Program-made: the position numbers and the translations under genes
DNA from: Lingula anatina
Taxonomy: Eukaryota > Animalia > Brachiopoda
DNA length: 64,000 nucleotides
Assembly (NCBI GenBank): GCA_051362555.1
Contig: CM120649.1
Span: forward strand, 11,656,001 to 11,720,000
Reading direction: 5' to 3'
Part shown: positions 1 through 12,050 of the stretch, piece after piece
Layout of the letters: each line of letters opens with the position of its first letter
How positions within the stretch are numbered: the stretch's first letter is position 1
The notes under the pieces: generated by a model
Databases searched by the model: none
What the model saw: the letters and a program-made list of their open reading frames with translations, nothing else
What the model was told of the DNA's origin: nothing

Positions 1-7
1 ACCGGAC

Positions 8-3000
8 TATTAATGGAGTATAGAAAAATATATCATATCTTATATCTTCAAAACTGGCAAAGATACGCCCATACATAGTTAATATTAAACTTGAATGCCA
101 ATCTTACTTTGACCTTAGATATGACGTATGACCTCTTTTATCACATTGAAGTGAACTTTGTACATTATCAGGTCCTTAAATCTCCAATACTAGCAGCTAT
201 ATGCTCAAAGTAAGGTAACTATTGAACTTGAATAGGTAGTCATACATTGGCAATCTCCTGTGACCTTAAATTTGTCATTTGACCTATTTTCAACATGAAA
301 CGCTGAGACGGATCCAGGATTATTTGAAGGGAGGAGGTCGGCTTAGCATTGGTATTTTAGAGGATGAACGGTGTCATTTGGTATGATATATCTAGTGAAT
401 ATTCTTATTTCAAGACGGGGCCATTGGTGTGATATTCAGAAATCGAAGAGGGGTGGTAAGGACCCCACTGACACCCCCCAAAATCCGCCTCAGAATTGAT
501 CCTTGTACACCACTCAAAAGGGTATTCTGCTTTTCTTTTTCTTCTTGTGTAGAGATTACGAAGTATGCACGTGTGTATAAAGTAGTCAGTTAGTTTAAAA
601 TGAATTGATCACGCTGTCTCGCTCCCTCCCTCTCCTTCTTTGTCTTACCCCCCCCTCACACACACACACACACACATATACACATACACCTCCCCTACAC
701 ACATCACACACTTAATTGATATCACAAAACCAGTATCGAAACACCAACGAAATTACAACATACGACATATTTAATTTATTTGCTAATAAACGTTTTAAAT
801 AATTTAACCAACCTCTTTGGATAGAAACCATAACGGATATAGTTCCTTTAACGGATAAACTAGTTGGTTAAAGGATTTAAGTCACGTAAAAATCAATTTC
901 TCGAATTTTGAAGATTCAGCACTCGATCCAATGGATATATGTTTTAATCGATCATCACCTTTAAAAAGTATTTAAACAATATATTAGTAAAAAAATAGTT
1001 TTAGTAAACCTCACCTCAATATGCAATCAACTGACCTGCATGCTGAATGAAGACAGAGAAGTTATGTTGAATGGGATTGGGCGAATTTCGTTTTGCCTCA
1101 GTGTTGCCTTGAGATTCACCGAAAAAGCAGCACTCGTTGACAATATTCTCTCTTTGTCTGTGACGGTCTTCTGTGACTTATTAACGAACTTCGGTGACAA
1201 TAAATATTATGCTCAAGATTATGGTCGCCTCAAGTGGTTTAGATCATATCATAGTCCGATATCATAGTCTGATAGTCTTTTAAATTAACTGTCATCAGTT
1301 GAAAAGCTTACTAATTGCTGATGCATAGGAAGTGCTTGATATTTGACCAAGAGCTCGTTAACAATAAAATATGTTAATTACGCACCGCCGCACTTCCTAA
1401 GCCAGGTAATAACAGGTAACTTGACCTGTCAGATTCTTGATGGGCTTTTACGTTTTTTCAATACATCTCATGGGGTAATGTCATTGGTATAATTAAATGA
1501 CTTTTTAAAGTGAGTTCCAACACGGTCGCGAACATTAATGAAAGTGATTGCCCTCAGGGTATCTTGAAGCATGCGTATGCCGGGGCATTACTTCTGTGGA
1601 AGAAAACGTGGTTGAGGAAAAACTCGAAAAAGAGCGGTTATATTAAAGAAAATAGAATGGGAACTGCTGTAATTAAATGGTTCGTAATCTTAATTAGTTT
1701 AACGAAAAAAAGGGTTGTGTGCTTTGAAAATTTGTTTCTGAAGTTAAGGGTATTTCAACAGAAATATAAAATAATTTAAAAGATTTATAATTTTATAATT
1801 TATAGTTTCATAATTTGAAATTTGCGTCTGTACGCAAAACTGTTTGCAAATTTGTAAGTTTTGTCAAACCCCAAAACATATACATGTAGCAGAACAAGGT
1901 AAAAAAAGCAAATGTTTGCTATTAGTAGCATGTTAAAAATCGTAACTTCAATGTGTTCACTAAAGGTGCAGTATTTGATACGCACGTTAATATATTTTAA
2001 ATTATGCATGGATATTTAACATGGTAAGGAATATAAGAAAGACACATACAGAATTTTTAAAGGATATTGAGTATAAAAAGGAGCACTAGTGATAATTTAG
2101 TTCATTACATACATAACATAAGTATATTATGAAACCGGGAGATACCCACTTCTTTTAAGCATAAAGCTTCGATTTTTTAATATTGATTTAAAGCCGCTCC
2201 TCGAAAAATTGAATTATAATAACGTGCTATAAAGATCTACTGAACAAAACATTTGATTGGTAATTTGAGTACGTAATGAACTGGAGACAATTGGCTTGTC
2301 ATTAATTTTTCACGAAAATATGTCAGATAATTTGATACCGTCCTTAATAGAGTAAAGATTGAAAGATCATTTTAGGCAAACATTGACTAGAGTGATATCC
2401 ACAAGGAGTAAAGCGCTATTGTACCAACATAGTAGACAATTGAGCCAATGTCACAGAAATATAAGGAATTAATTGCCAAAGTTAGAGTTTCATCACATGA
2501 TCTAGCTGTAGAAACTGGAAGGTAAACAGACAAATGGAAAGAAAGAACCTGTAAACTATATATTTTAGATGTCATCGAGGATGAATTGCATTTTATTATT
2601 TTAAGAATATAAAAATGTTTTTGCTACAGAACGATTAGGCAGAAATACGTCAAAACATTTATTACACAAAGCAAATCTTTAAGTGCTTTCAAGCTAATTA
2701 AATTGTTTACACTTAACAATGTTTCACAATTAAACAACTTATGAAAGTATTTGAAATCGGAGCTAAGATTAACGCCAGTCGGATGTAGTTGTATTGTTGT
2801 TGTTTTTATGACTTTATATTTTATTGCAGTTCATTCTGATGAACCGTAGGGTGCAAGGGTTAAATAATTTGAATTCACAAGTTACATGGACCTCAAATCG
2901 AATGATCAAAAAATACCCTTAAGTCATTCGAATGCATTATTTTTTACTAGTTGGGATTAATGCTAGTTAAAGAATTGAATAGAGGGGAAAATGGTTTCAC

Positions 3001-4697
3001 ACGGCTTCACGAGGATTTAAACCAATCAGGTACAGGTAAGATATCTGAATGAGTATGAACTTTTATCAGGATTCAGAAAAGTCATCTTACAGATAGACAT
3101 TAGAGCTAAGTTTGACAGCTAAACACACTGTTTAGCTCTCTTCTCCGGTGGAACGATTGCCGTCATCAGACCACGTGAACACGTACATGTAGCTCATTAA
3201 CTCCAAGGTCGAGCAAGAAGGACGTTTTTAAAGCCCAAAATTTACAAAATGAGCTTTTATTTTGTGTATTTGGATAAAGAAATCGTTAGATGGGCCTGTT
3301 TTCTAAAGAATACGCACCGTTCAGGCCATTCCGACGAGATCCTTTAAAGCTAAAGATTATTTATGCAGCACGGAAGAGGTCGTTGCTATGCTGCCACGCA
3401 AAGGACACATTGTTGTCAAACATCAACAACATGGGGGATAAAATACTTATTAAATATTATTATAAATCTACGAAAATATTTACTTTTATTTTTTGGTATC
3501 AAAAACGGGCTGGTCAATATTGATTTTATGTTAGGATTTCTCGCGGTTTAAGACCTCGTTTTGCTCCGCCCTTTAACCAAGTTCGTTTCTGTTAGATTTG
3601 CTTTCTATATCTGCCTGGATAATGCAGTAAGCAATTTCACGTTGTGACATCAAACTGTGGCTTCTAAAATATATGCCTGAGTTAATGCATTTGAGCTGAT
3701 AACGCAACAGCATCCATTACGGGTCGAAAACTGATATGTCGCTATCAAAGTTTCATCTACAGGTGTCTCATCTGAACAGCAACAGCTGATATCCAGTAGA
3801 TCTTTCCCAAAGCAGGGCTTTTCTTTCCGTATTGATTAAACTAATAAGGAAATATTTACATTTACGTAAGATGAGGATAAATGCACCAACCACAAATAAA
3901 GGAAAAAGAAACTGGTAAAACTGTCAGTGAAACTCAGTATCAAAACACTTATTACCTAACCACCTAGAGAGATACCGCACAAACACCAATAATCGTCAGA
4001 CAAGTATTATTTTCTGATAACTGCTTCTATAAATGATATATTTCTTGTCATAGGGTATGATATTTACCTTTTTCTCCAACTATATTAATTTTTCTTCGTG
4101 GTAGGTCGCCATTTTTACCATTTGTTTTCTGTTCACGTGAGACGTTCAAAGTTCAAAGTGACTTCTAAGTTATCTTAATCAGCAATATAATTGTAAGATA
4201 TAGCAAGGCTTTTTAAAACAATTGACAGCCTAATTGCAGTATTGTTGGTGACAGGTTTTATATAAAGTCCTCATCTAAAACATTTCATTTTAAAATGTTA
4301 CCTTTTCTTGTGCTTGGGCCAGTAGTTTTTGGTCGGAGGATATAAGACGCGCGGGATTCGACCTGTGAAGGCCGATGCCATGGCAGAGTGGTACCCCGTG
4401 TGTAAAGTAAAGGAGCCTGCATATATTGTCCATTATACATTTGTTGCAATTCACGATATACTGCGAGCCAGTAACTTCGTTATCATATCATGTATGTCTC
4501 TGTGTTAATAAATAACAAGGAGAGTTGTGGTCACATGTAGCGCGACTTACAAGCATATGTGGCAAAGCAGTAATGATAGTTTGAATATGAATGAACATAA
4601 CCGACGTGCAAATGACGGAAAAAGACGTGAAACGGAAGTCAGACAGGTGTTGTTGAAAAAAATGACACCCCAAGTAGAACAGGATTAACAAGACTAT
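8..4697. repeat. Segmental duplication copy 1 (partner 12408-18172)
   Basis: Colinear near-identity starting at offset 12400 (tattaatggagtatagaaaaata). The ORF pairs 1040/13397 and 1510/14343 are near-identical. Divergence rises toward the right end. Confidence 0.95.
2380..2875 (+). mobile_element. Decayed non-LTR retrotransposon (LINE) 3' end; second copy at ~15170-15692
   Basis: Translates as AKVRVSSHDLAVETGR*...ERTCKL...IEDELHFI, the typical LINE ORF2 C-terminal SSHxLxIETGR / CCHC region. Copy 2 ends in an (attga)n-like tail. Confidence 0.8.
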
Positions 4698-4825
4698 ATA
4701 AATTCAGCCCTTTTGTCCTATGTTGTATCTCATTCTCGATGGACCTCTGTAATAAGTGTTTTTGTAGGGACTCGTTCTCCGGGTTTTGACGCTTATCATT
4801 ATTTTAAAAAGAATGACATTCAGGT

Positions 4826-5481
4826 GATATTTACCTGTTTCTCCAACTATATTACTTTTCTTCGTGGTAGCTCGCCATTTTCACGTTTTGTTTTCTGTTC
4901 ACGTGAGACGTTCAAAGTTCAAGATGACTTATAAGTTATCTTAAGGAGCAATATGATTGTAAGATATAACAAGGCTTTTTAAAACAATTGACAGCCTAAT
5001 TGCGGTGTTGGTGGTGACGCGTTTTAAAGTTCTTATCTAACACATTCTTATTTTAAAATGTTACCTTTTCTTGTGCTTGGACCACTAGTTCTGGGCCAGA
5101 AGATATAAGACGTGCGGATCATATCATGGATGTCACTGTGTTAATGAATAACGAGGAGAGTTGTGGCCACATGAAGTCCGACTTACAAGCATATGTGGCA
5201 AAGCAGGAATGATAGTTTGAATATTAACGAACATAACCGGCGTGCAAATGACGGACGTGTAAAAATACGTGAAATGGAAGTCAGACAGGTGTTGTTGAAC
5301 AGAATGAAACCCCAAGTAGAACTGGATTTTCAAAACCATATAAATTTTCTGAACTTAATTCAGCCCTTTTGTCCTCTGCTGTATCCCATTCTCGATGGAT
5401 CTCTGTAATAAGTAGGTTTTTGTAGGGACTCGTTCTCATGGTTTTGACGCTGATCATTATTTAAAAAGAATGCCATTCAGT
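4826..5481. repeat. Local tandem copy of ~4059-4822 with an internal deletion
   Basis: The blocks gatatttacc..., ttcacgtgagacgttcaaagttc... and aagaatg(a/c)cattcag recur. A third copy lies at ~16845-18170. Confidence 0.9.
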
Positions 5482-6029
5482 TATCTTTGTGCTTGATGAC
5501 GGACACAAATGATCTTGTGACAACAACTTTTTGGGCTTTATTACGCTGCACTAATTAACGATGTGTCAACAATACTGAGAACCCCGCTGGAATTTTGATA
5601 GTGGAACGAGAGAGAGAGAGAGAGGAGACAAAAAACGGAAAAGTGAATGAGAAAAAGGAGAGAAAAACAGAAAAGCACCAGGTATGAAAATGCAAAAAAA
5701 CAGATTTGTTTTTATTTTTCTGATTTTAGCTCGAGTGTCAGATACAAGTCAGTACCATTGCCACACATTACTTCACGTAATTCTTCTCTTTATTCTTCTC
5801 ACAATAATGCGGCAGATCTCAGATTCGGCCTTGCAAATGTTTGGGCACAGCCTAGTAAAATTGGTAAATATGTCCATACTTGAATAATATTCCTATACTT
5901 TCAGCCTCCCAGGATCTTCCAAACTTGCAATAGATTATGCACAATCCTAATTTTTTAATCCGTTTCTTTGACTTAATTTACACATAAAGAAATTCAAAAT
6001 TTTAATTTTGCATCCAGGGGTACTCTGAC

Positions 6030-6350
6030 CCTTAACTATTGTAACTCCAAAATTAGCAAAGATGGATAAATAGTTACTATTGAACTTGAATAGGAAGTCA
6101 TATACTGGCAATCTAACAGTGAAATTGACCTTTGATCTACTTTAAACCACGAACTGATCTTTGCAACTTATCTGTCCCTTATATATATCATCAATAATGG
6201 CTGAGATACGCCCATAGTTACTATTAAACTTGATTTGCAACTTTTTTTTGTCCCTAATATCATCAAAACAGGCAGAGATATGCCAAAAGATGCTACTGAA
6301 CTTGAATAGGAACTTATATGTTGACAATCTAACTGTGAAATTGACCCTTG
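6030..6350. repeat. Dispersed repeat of imperfect subunits (gttactattgaacttgaatagg...tgacctt); also at ~55-290 and ~12455-12690
   Basis: The same motifs recur within and between the three sites. Confidence 0.7.
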
Positions 6351-6700
6351 ACCTTCTTTCTTTGCGTGAACCGGATTTAACAGATTTGGATTTGGACTTT
6401 CACTTTTCCCGATGATTTTGCTATGAATTACTGAGAAATCTTCTTTACTGCATTTTGTAGAGCTTGTCAAGCACAAAGCTATTAGTGGTATCCCTTTTAT
6501 TATTATTTTTGTTTGTTTGTTTTCCATACGAATGCGCTTACTCCAGTGGATGGTATAATAACTGGAGGCAGTATCGCTTCTCTCATCCTCTAATTAAATG
6601 ATTAATTAATGAGCAGACTTCGTTATCCCTACACATCGGTGGAAAAAGCAAATCAAAAATATGCATTAAAATGGTTTATACAGTTCCCACTATTGTCTTA

Positions 6701-7476
6701 AGCCTCGGTCACAACCAAGTCCAAATTTTGCATCCACATTTTGCGCAGAATCTCACGTCCCAAGTCCTTCTTACGCAATTTCGAGTGCGCAGACAGCCCG
6801 TAAGCACGTACGGAGGATGTTGGACATGTCCAAAAGATTCTATGAATACCCTGCAAACAGCGAGGCCGCGAGCGTAACTTGCTCCCCTCGCATGAAGTTA
6901 GAAAGAGAGACGCGCGTTGTGCGAGACGCACCTCGCAAGCAATGAAGGAGCAAGTGCCCTTTGCGTAATGAGTAAGGCGCACGCCCTCACAACTAACGAA
7001 CAAAGTCGAGAGCACACAGGGAATGCGTCGCACTTGCGTCACCCCCACGCCTTGTGAATCAAAGGCGTGCTCACGACGCACGCTCTTGTCTTTTCCATGA
7101 ACGTCGTCAAAGAAGAGGAGAACAGGTAGCAAAATTGCCGTACGCCGTCAGTACGTAACAACAAACGTTTGAGGCAAGCGTGAAGCAAAACTGACGCAAT
7201 AGGGCACTACTTTCGGCGTGCGTTGCATTCCCTTCGTAAGTGGTGTGTGTGTGCCACGTACACAGGTACCAAGACAAACTCAAGACATGAGTACAATTTC
7301 CACGGCCACCACTCCTTGCAATTAGCGTCCCTGTTTGAAAGGACATCTCATGTGGCCATTGTGACTCGCAAAGAAGACTTTCCTCTACCTCCACGACCTC
7401 CACGGACTCTGCAACACCCGCATATCGCAGGGGACGTACGATCCTGAAATTCGTGCGTCCGGTTGTGACCGAGGCT
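6701..7476. mobile_element. Non-autonomous DNA transposon (PIF/Harbinger-like MITE)
   Basis: Perfect 16-bp TIR AGCCTCGGTCACAACC / GGTTGTGACCGAGGCT with TTA on both flanks. GC-rich interior with no transposase. Confidence 0.85.
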
Positions 7477-7732
7477 TTATTGTCTTCGCCCCCCCCCCCC
7501 CCCCCCCCCCATACGGAGAGTGTACCTATTTATATCAGAAGAGGGGCACAAAATGCAGTACCCCCCCTCCCCCGCAAAAAAATTTGGTTATTGTCTGGTA
7601 AAGTATGCGCTAGGGCCTCAACTATCTCCAAACTGATATTAACGAAATAAAACTACTTAATATAAGTTCCCATTCCCATAGATTTTAGATCGATCTATCC
7701 CTATGGGGAGTCTCACAAGATTACTGTTAGAT

Positions 7733-8357
7733 ATTTATATATTTTATTTAACCGTCTCCGACAATATTTAACAAAACAAAACAAAAAGTACATTACATAT
7801 ACAGTTAATCATCCGACCTTCCCGTCTCCAACAACATCAAACATCCATGGGCATAATTAGCCATTGTATTAATGTCAACCGTATTGTTAAAGAAAGACAT
7901 AATGTCTGAAAAGTCTAGCCTATTGTAGTCTTCTCTTGTCTTGTTTTTTGACAGAAACAAATTACATGCTCTTCCGTCTGAACATCAGTTCCACATGTAC
8001 ACAGTCTCATATTTCTGGGGCGGTGTGACCATCTCCCCGTTTCAATAGCTAAACTATGAGCACTTAGCCGTAATCGAGAACAGGCTATCCTATCCCGTTC
8101 CCCGAGACTGTATGATGAATACAGGGAACATGTCGTGTATAGACAAGTTAGGATTCATCTTAAAGTATGTAACAGAACTAATTCCGATTGAATTTCTAAT
8201 TCGATTCTTTATTTCAGCTCTATTTGCCTCTATAATGTTGTTAGAGTTAACCACTTTGGTCAGATATCGGGCTCCCCTGGTGCCGTTGTCATTACAAAGC
8301 CGCCACACATGCATAAAGGGATCGTCCACCATGCCAGATCGTGTCTGAAGAATCTTA
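7733..8357 (-). mobile_element. LINE 3' portion (ORF2 C-terminus and tail), split from 11528-12050
   Basis: KILQTR..., then after a frameshift SRLRLSAHSLAIETGRW...RLCTCG...EEHVICFC. AATAAA and an AT-rich tail at ~7733-7760. Confidence 0.85.
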
Positions 8358-8959
8358 CCCAGATAGCAAAGAGTGGTCGCGCCAACGTCGGCCCGACGAC
8401 TTTGCCTCCGTCGGGCCAACGTTGGCAGACGACGTCGGTTCGAAGTCGGCGTGTCCGGCGGCCCGCCGTCGGCCCACCGGTGGTCTGCCACCCTTTTGCC
8501 AACGTCGCACCGACGCTGGGCCGACGTCATTATGGATAAACGGCGGTCAGCCGCTGTCATGCCGACAATTTGCCAACTTCGCGCCAACGTCGGGCCAACG
8601 TCGTTATGAGCTATTACTATCGGCGGTTAGCCGCTGTTATGCCAACGGTGCCACCTTCTTGCCAACTTCGCGCCAACGTCGTTAACCATCGTTTTACCAC
8701 CGTTATGCAAATAATGCCGTTCTTTAATTAGCCAATGTTATTATGGACTCTCCATGGTCAGCCAGCTATGACTCAATTGGCGAACGTTGGCAATAGGGTA
8801 GCAGCGGCGTTTCTTCGTAATAACCCTCTCACTGAAGTGAAAAAGTCCCGTTGGCCTAAAAGATAATAATAATAACAACGTGAATCATGTTTTGTGAAGA
8901 AACATCTTTATAAATCTGAGTGAGTTAATAACGATAATTCAATTAGTTATTGAAAATAA

Positions 8960-9420
8960 ATATTATTACTGATGCATCTCTAAAGATCTACTTTACAGAT
9001 GTCATATATAATCCAAGCTTTCGGTCCCTAGGCCTTCTTCAGAGACATTAAAAAAATGGTGAAGAAAAACTCCTGGGGTATGTGGCGTCGATGATGTATT
9101 AAAGGCACGCGATGCTGCAAAAGCGTCCTAAACGCTAAACGTAAAATATAAAAAATCAATATTCATTTAAGAAACTATTGTCCCTACTGAGTCCATTATT
9201 CAAGGTGTCTAGTGTTCTAATACATTTCTGTACGACGATCCGTCTTTGCCTAGTGTCGTTTCCTTTTAAGACGGTGACGGTGATGCCTTTAGCTGAGTGT
9301 TGTGTTGTCCCACAGGCACGAAGAAGTTTTTGTTGTTTATAGGGCAGCGGTGGTGTCTAATTCTGTCTTTTAATTTCTGCCTCGTTTCCCCGACGTACAT
9401 TTGATGGCATTGTTAACATC
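8960..9420 (-). mobile_element. Penelope-like element 3' fragment (GIY-YIG endonuclease)
   Basis: Decayed translation QCHQMYVGETRQKLKDRIRHH...PVGQH...RQRRIVVQKCIRTLDTLNNGLSRDNSFLNEY*. Confidence 0.75.
9011..9046 (-). ncRNA. Minimal hammerhead ribozyme motif (Penelope-type)
   Basis: Minus strand reads GUCU-CUGAAGA-A-GGCC-UAGG-GACC-GAAA-GC-UU-GGAU: both core boxes, stem II with one mismatch, palindromic AAGCUU stem III and a 4-bp stem I. It lies just 3' of a Penelope ORF end. Confidence 0.6.
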
Positions 9421-11527
9421 ATATCAAATAGATGACGCTCTGTGAGTCGCAAGATTTGCAGCATATCTTTGACTACGACACTACGCTGGAAAGAAGTGAC
9501 TGTGGCCTTAATTCCCACACGGGACGAAGAGGAATGATGATGATGACTCAGATTCATCTGAGGAACTCTGCTGCGGCGCCTGGGCTGCTTCTCTCTCTGT
9601 GAAGAGAATAGAAAAAATATAAAAACTCACACTTAATCTAATAAAACATACAAAATTCACCGTTAATATCATATGTTATTTCACTGATATTCAAAATAAA
9701 AAACGGCTAAGAAGACAACTGAAACCAAGCTTAAGGAATCTAGCATGATACTGATCCACGTTTCTCTAACTAATATTTTTCTATTTGCGATGTGAAATGT
9801 TCTAAACTTTATGAGGTCAGGGACAGACAGGTTAGTTTTGTACGCTCGATTTTGGCCGCAACGAATCAACAATTCATGTTTCTCTATCGTATTATTGAAC
9901 CGTTGGTTTCAGTTGTCTTCTAATGACTTATTTCCTAGTTCGCATCCAATCTAGGATCCAAAATATTTATTTATTTTGGATCCTAGATCCAATCCACCCG
10001 CGCTTATTCGTAATGTTGCATATTGAAATGAAGTTGTTAATGTATACTTTGAAATGTAGACGAAATAATGTAATTATTTTCCAGGGAAGTGGTTACTCTG
10101 CTTAATATATTACCCTTCTTCTTCTCCAGCCTCCTCCTTCTACCCCCATCCCTGTCACTAGTTACATATATTTTAAGAAGAATAATGTACTAAATTCCAG
10201 AAGAGAGTCGCAGGCAAGAAGTAGGCTAAATTAATTTCTTAGTTGTTTACTACTTAATCCATTGATAGGGATGATATAAGTTAAACTACTGCATCTTACC
10301 ATGGCAATGACACACTGAAGCACTTTAACTATATACACACATACCTTTCAAGTGTATTTTCTTGTGAGGATTGACTGCTCAACACAGGCGACAAATAGGT
10401 AGTAATGCATGATGGAAGACTATAAGAGAAATATGAGATACATATTAAGTGTGGCTTTGTAATGTGCACAAAATGCCTTGTCTAATTATGAGCCTAAACC
10501 AAAAAAAGAAACATTATTATATCATACCCTGTGGGTATTTGACTAAACATCTAGAAAAAAATTCAATTTAAACTTGCCCCCCCCCCCCTCCCTAAAAGAA
10601 CCACCTCTGGATATTTTAGGTTAGCCTACTGAGGTCCATTTTTGAACAGAAAACCTGTAAAAATCTGAGTGGACATTATACCCCTTAATGCTAAACTCAG
10701 TTTGGAATGTATGCCATAAGGTTTATCCAGTGTTAAACCCATGCTGACATTATAAGTTTACATGTTAGTATCATGCAGCCTTGCTATATACCCCTATTAT
10801 ATAAGCATTTCAAATTCAACTAGAGAAAATATAAACAATATATACTCCTAAGTACAAAAAAAGTACTAGAACGTTGCTCATTCACATTTATAAATTGTCT
10901 ATACATGAAATGTGGTAATTGAAATGTCTTTCAAAGCATAAAAGAATTTGAGGGGGAAAATCTTTTTGGCCGCCGGAAACCCAACGTCGCCCCGACGTTG
11001 GTTCAAAGGTGGCATGCAGCGCGCCAACTGCCTGCAGCTACGACTAACAAATTATTGACAGATTTGCTTGTTTTCGTTAATTCATCTACAACAAATAAAC
11101 CTCCACCTATAGTACGAAAAACATAAACACTTTAAAGTAAATACTTACCTAACAATTTGGTGCAAAATACGGAAAATATGAAATAACCGTCAAGTGCACT
11201 TGCAACGATCTATGGCCGCTTAGTGTGGGTGACCTCGATTTGAAATTGGCCGCTTAGTGCAAATCAAGCACAGCTGGTGAGCCACCGTTATACCGACGTC
11301 GGGCCGACGGCGTGAAGCAGTCGTCGGCCCGACGTCGGGTCACCAGTAGTGGCCCGACGCACAGCTGATGAGCCACCGTTATACCGACGTCGGGCCAACG
11401 GCGTGAAGCAGTCGTCGGCCCGACGTCGGGTCACTAGTAGTGGCCCGACGTCGGCCCGACAACGACTGCCGACCGCGACCGTGCCGACCAATGCCGACGT
11501 CGGCCCGACCGCTCATTGCTATCTGGG

Positions 11528-12050
11528 TAGTCATATAGGATCTTTGTGCAGCGCGTACCCTGGCGCTCAGTTCGGGTATTCCTAATTCGGCTAGTATTAA
11601 GTCATTAGGAGTGCTCTGCCTGACACTTAATAAAGTTTTGATAATTGCGTAATAGGACGACTGAGCTGTTTTATAACTTGAACATAACCAGGATTCACAG
11701 CCATACAGCACCGATAATATTAATGTTGCTTCTATGAACTTTTTCTTTATAGGAAATGGGAAGTCCGCGTTTTTCGAAATAAAAGATGCAAACTTTAAAA
11801 GTTGAGATTGTTTTGTGGAAATTTGTTGTCTGACCGCTTCCACACAACCGCCAGTCTGACTAAACATTACGCCTAGATATGTGTACACTTTACAATTTTT
11901 AACCGATACATCTATAGCTGTCAAAGGTATCTTATCTCGTTCCTCCCCGTTTATCACCATAAACTCCGTTTTGTCATTGTTAATCACCATCCCGGATCTC
12001 TGGCAGAAATTAATCAGAATATGTAATTTTCTCTCAGCCATCTCTCTACT
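11528..12050 (-). mobile_element. 5'-truncated LINE, RT C-terminal/thumb region
   Basis: FCQRSGMVINNDKTEFMV...YTYLGVMF...SVLYGCESW...ILAELG. Joins in frame (RSYMT|KILQ) to 8357 once the 8358-11527 insertion and one TA are removed. Confidence 0.9.

Larger units (their letters stand above)
8358..11527. mobile_element. Non-autonomous CMC/EnSpm-like DNA transposon (3.17 kb)
   Basis: TIRs CCCAGATAGCAAAGAGTGGTCG / CGACCGCTCATTGCTATCTGGG, TA duplicated on both flanks, and arrays of CC(G/A)ACGTCGG subterminal repeats at both ends. The superfamily call rests on the CCC termini and 2-bp TSD. Confidence 0.85.

Noticed and set aside
1040-1779. Short ORFs shared by both duplication copies
   Set aside because: Their similarity is explained by recent DNA duplication. 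They have no recognisable domain, and their starts and ends differ between copies.
8090-8685. Overlapping Arg/Pro/Ala-rich ORFs (also 11288-11585)
   Set aside because: They are translations of GC-rich palindromic subterminal transposon repeats. Only the LINE-derived part is real coding remnant.
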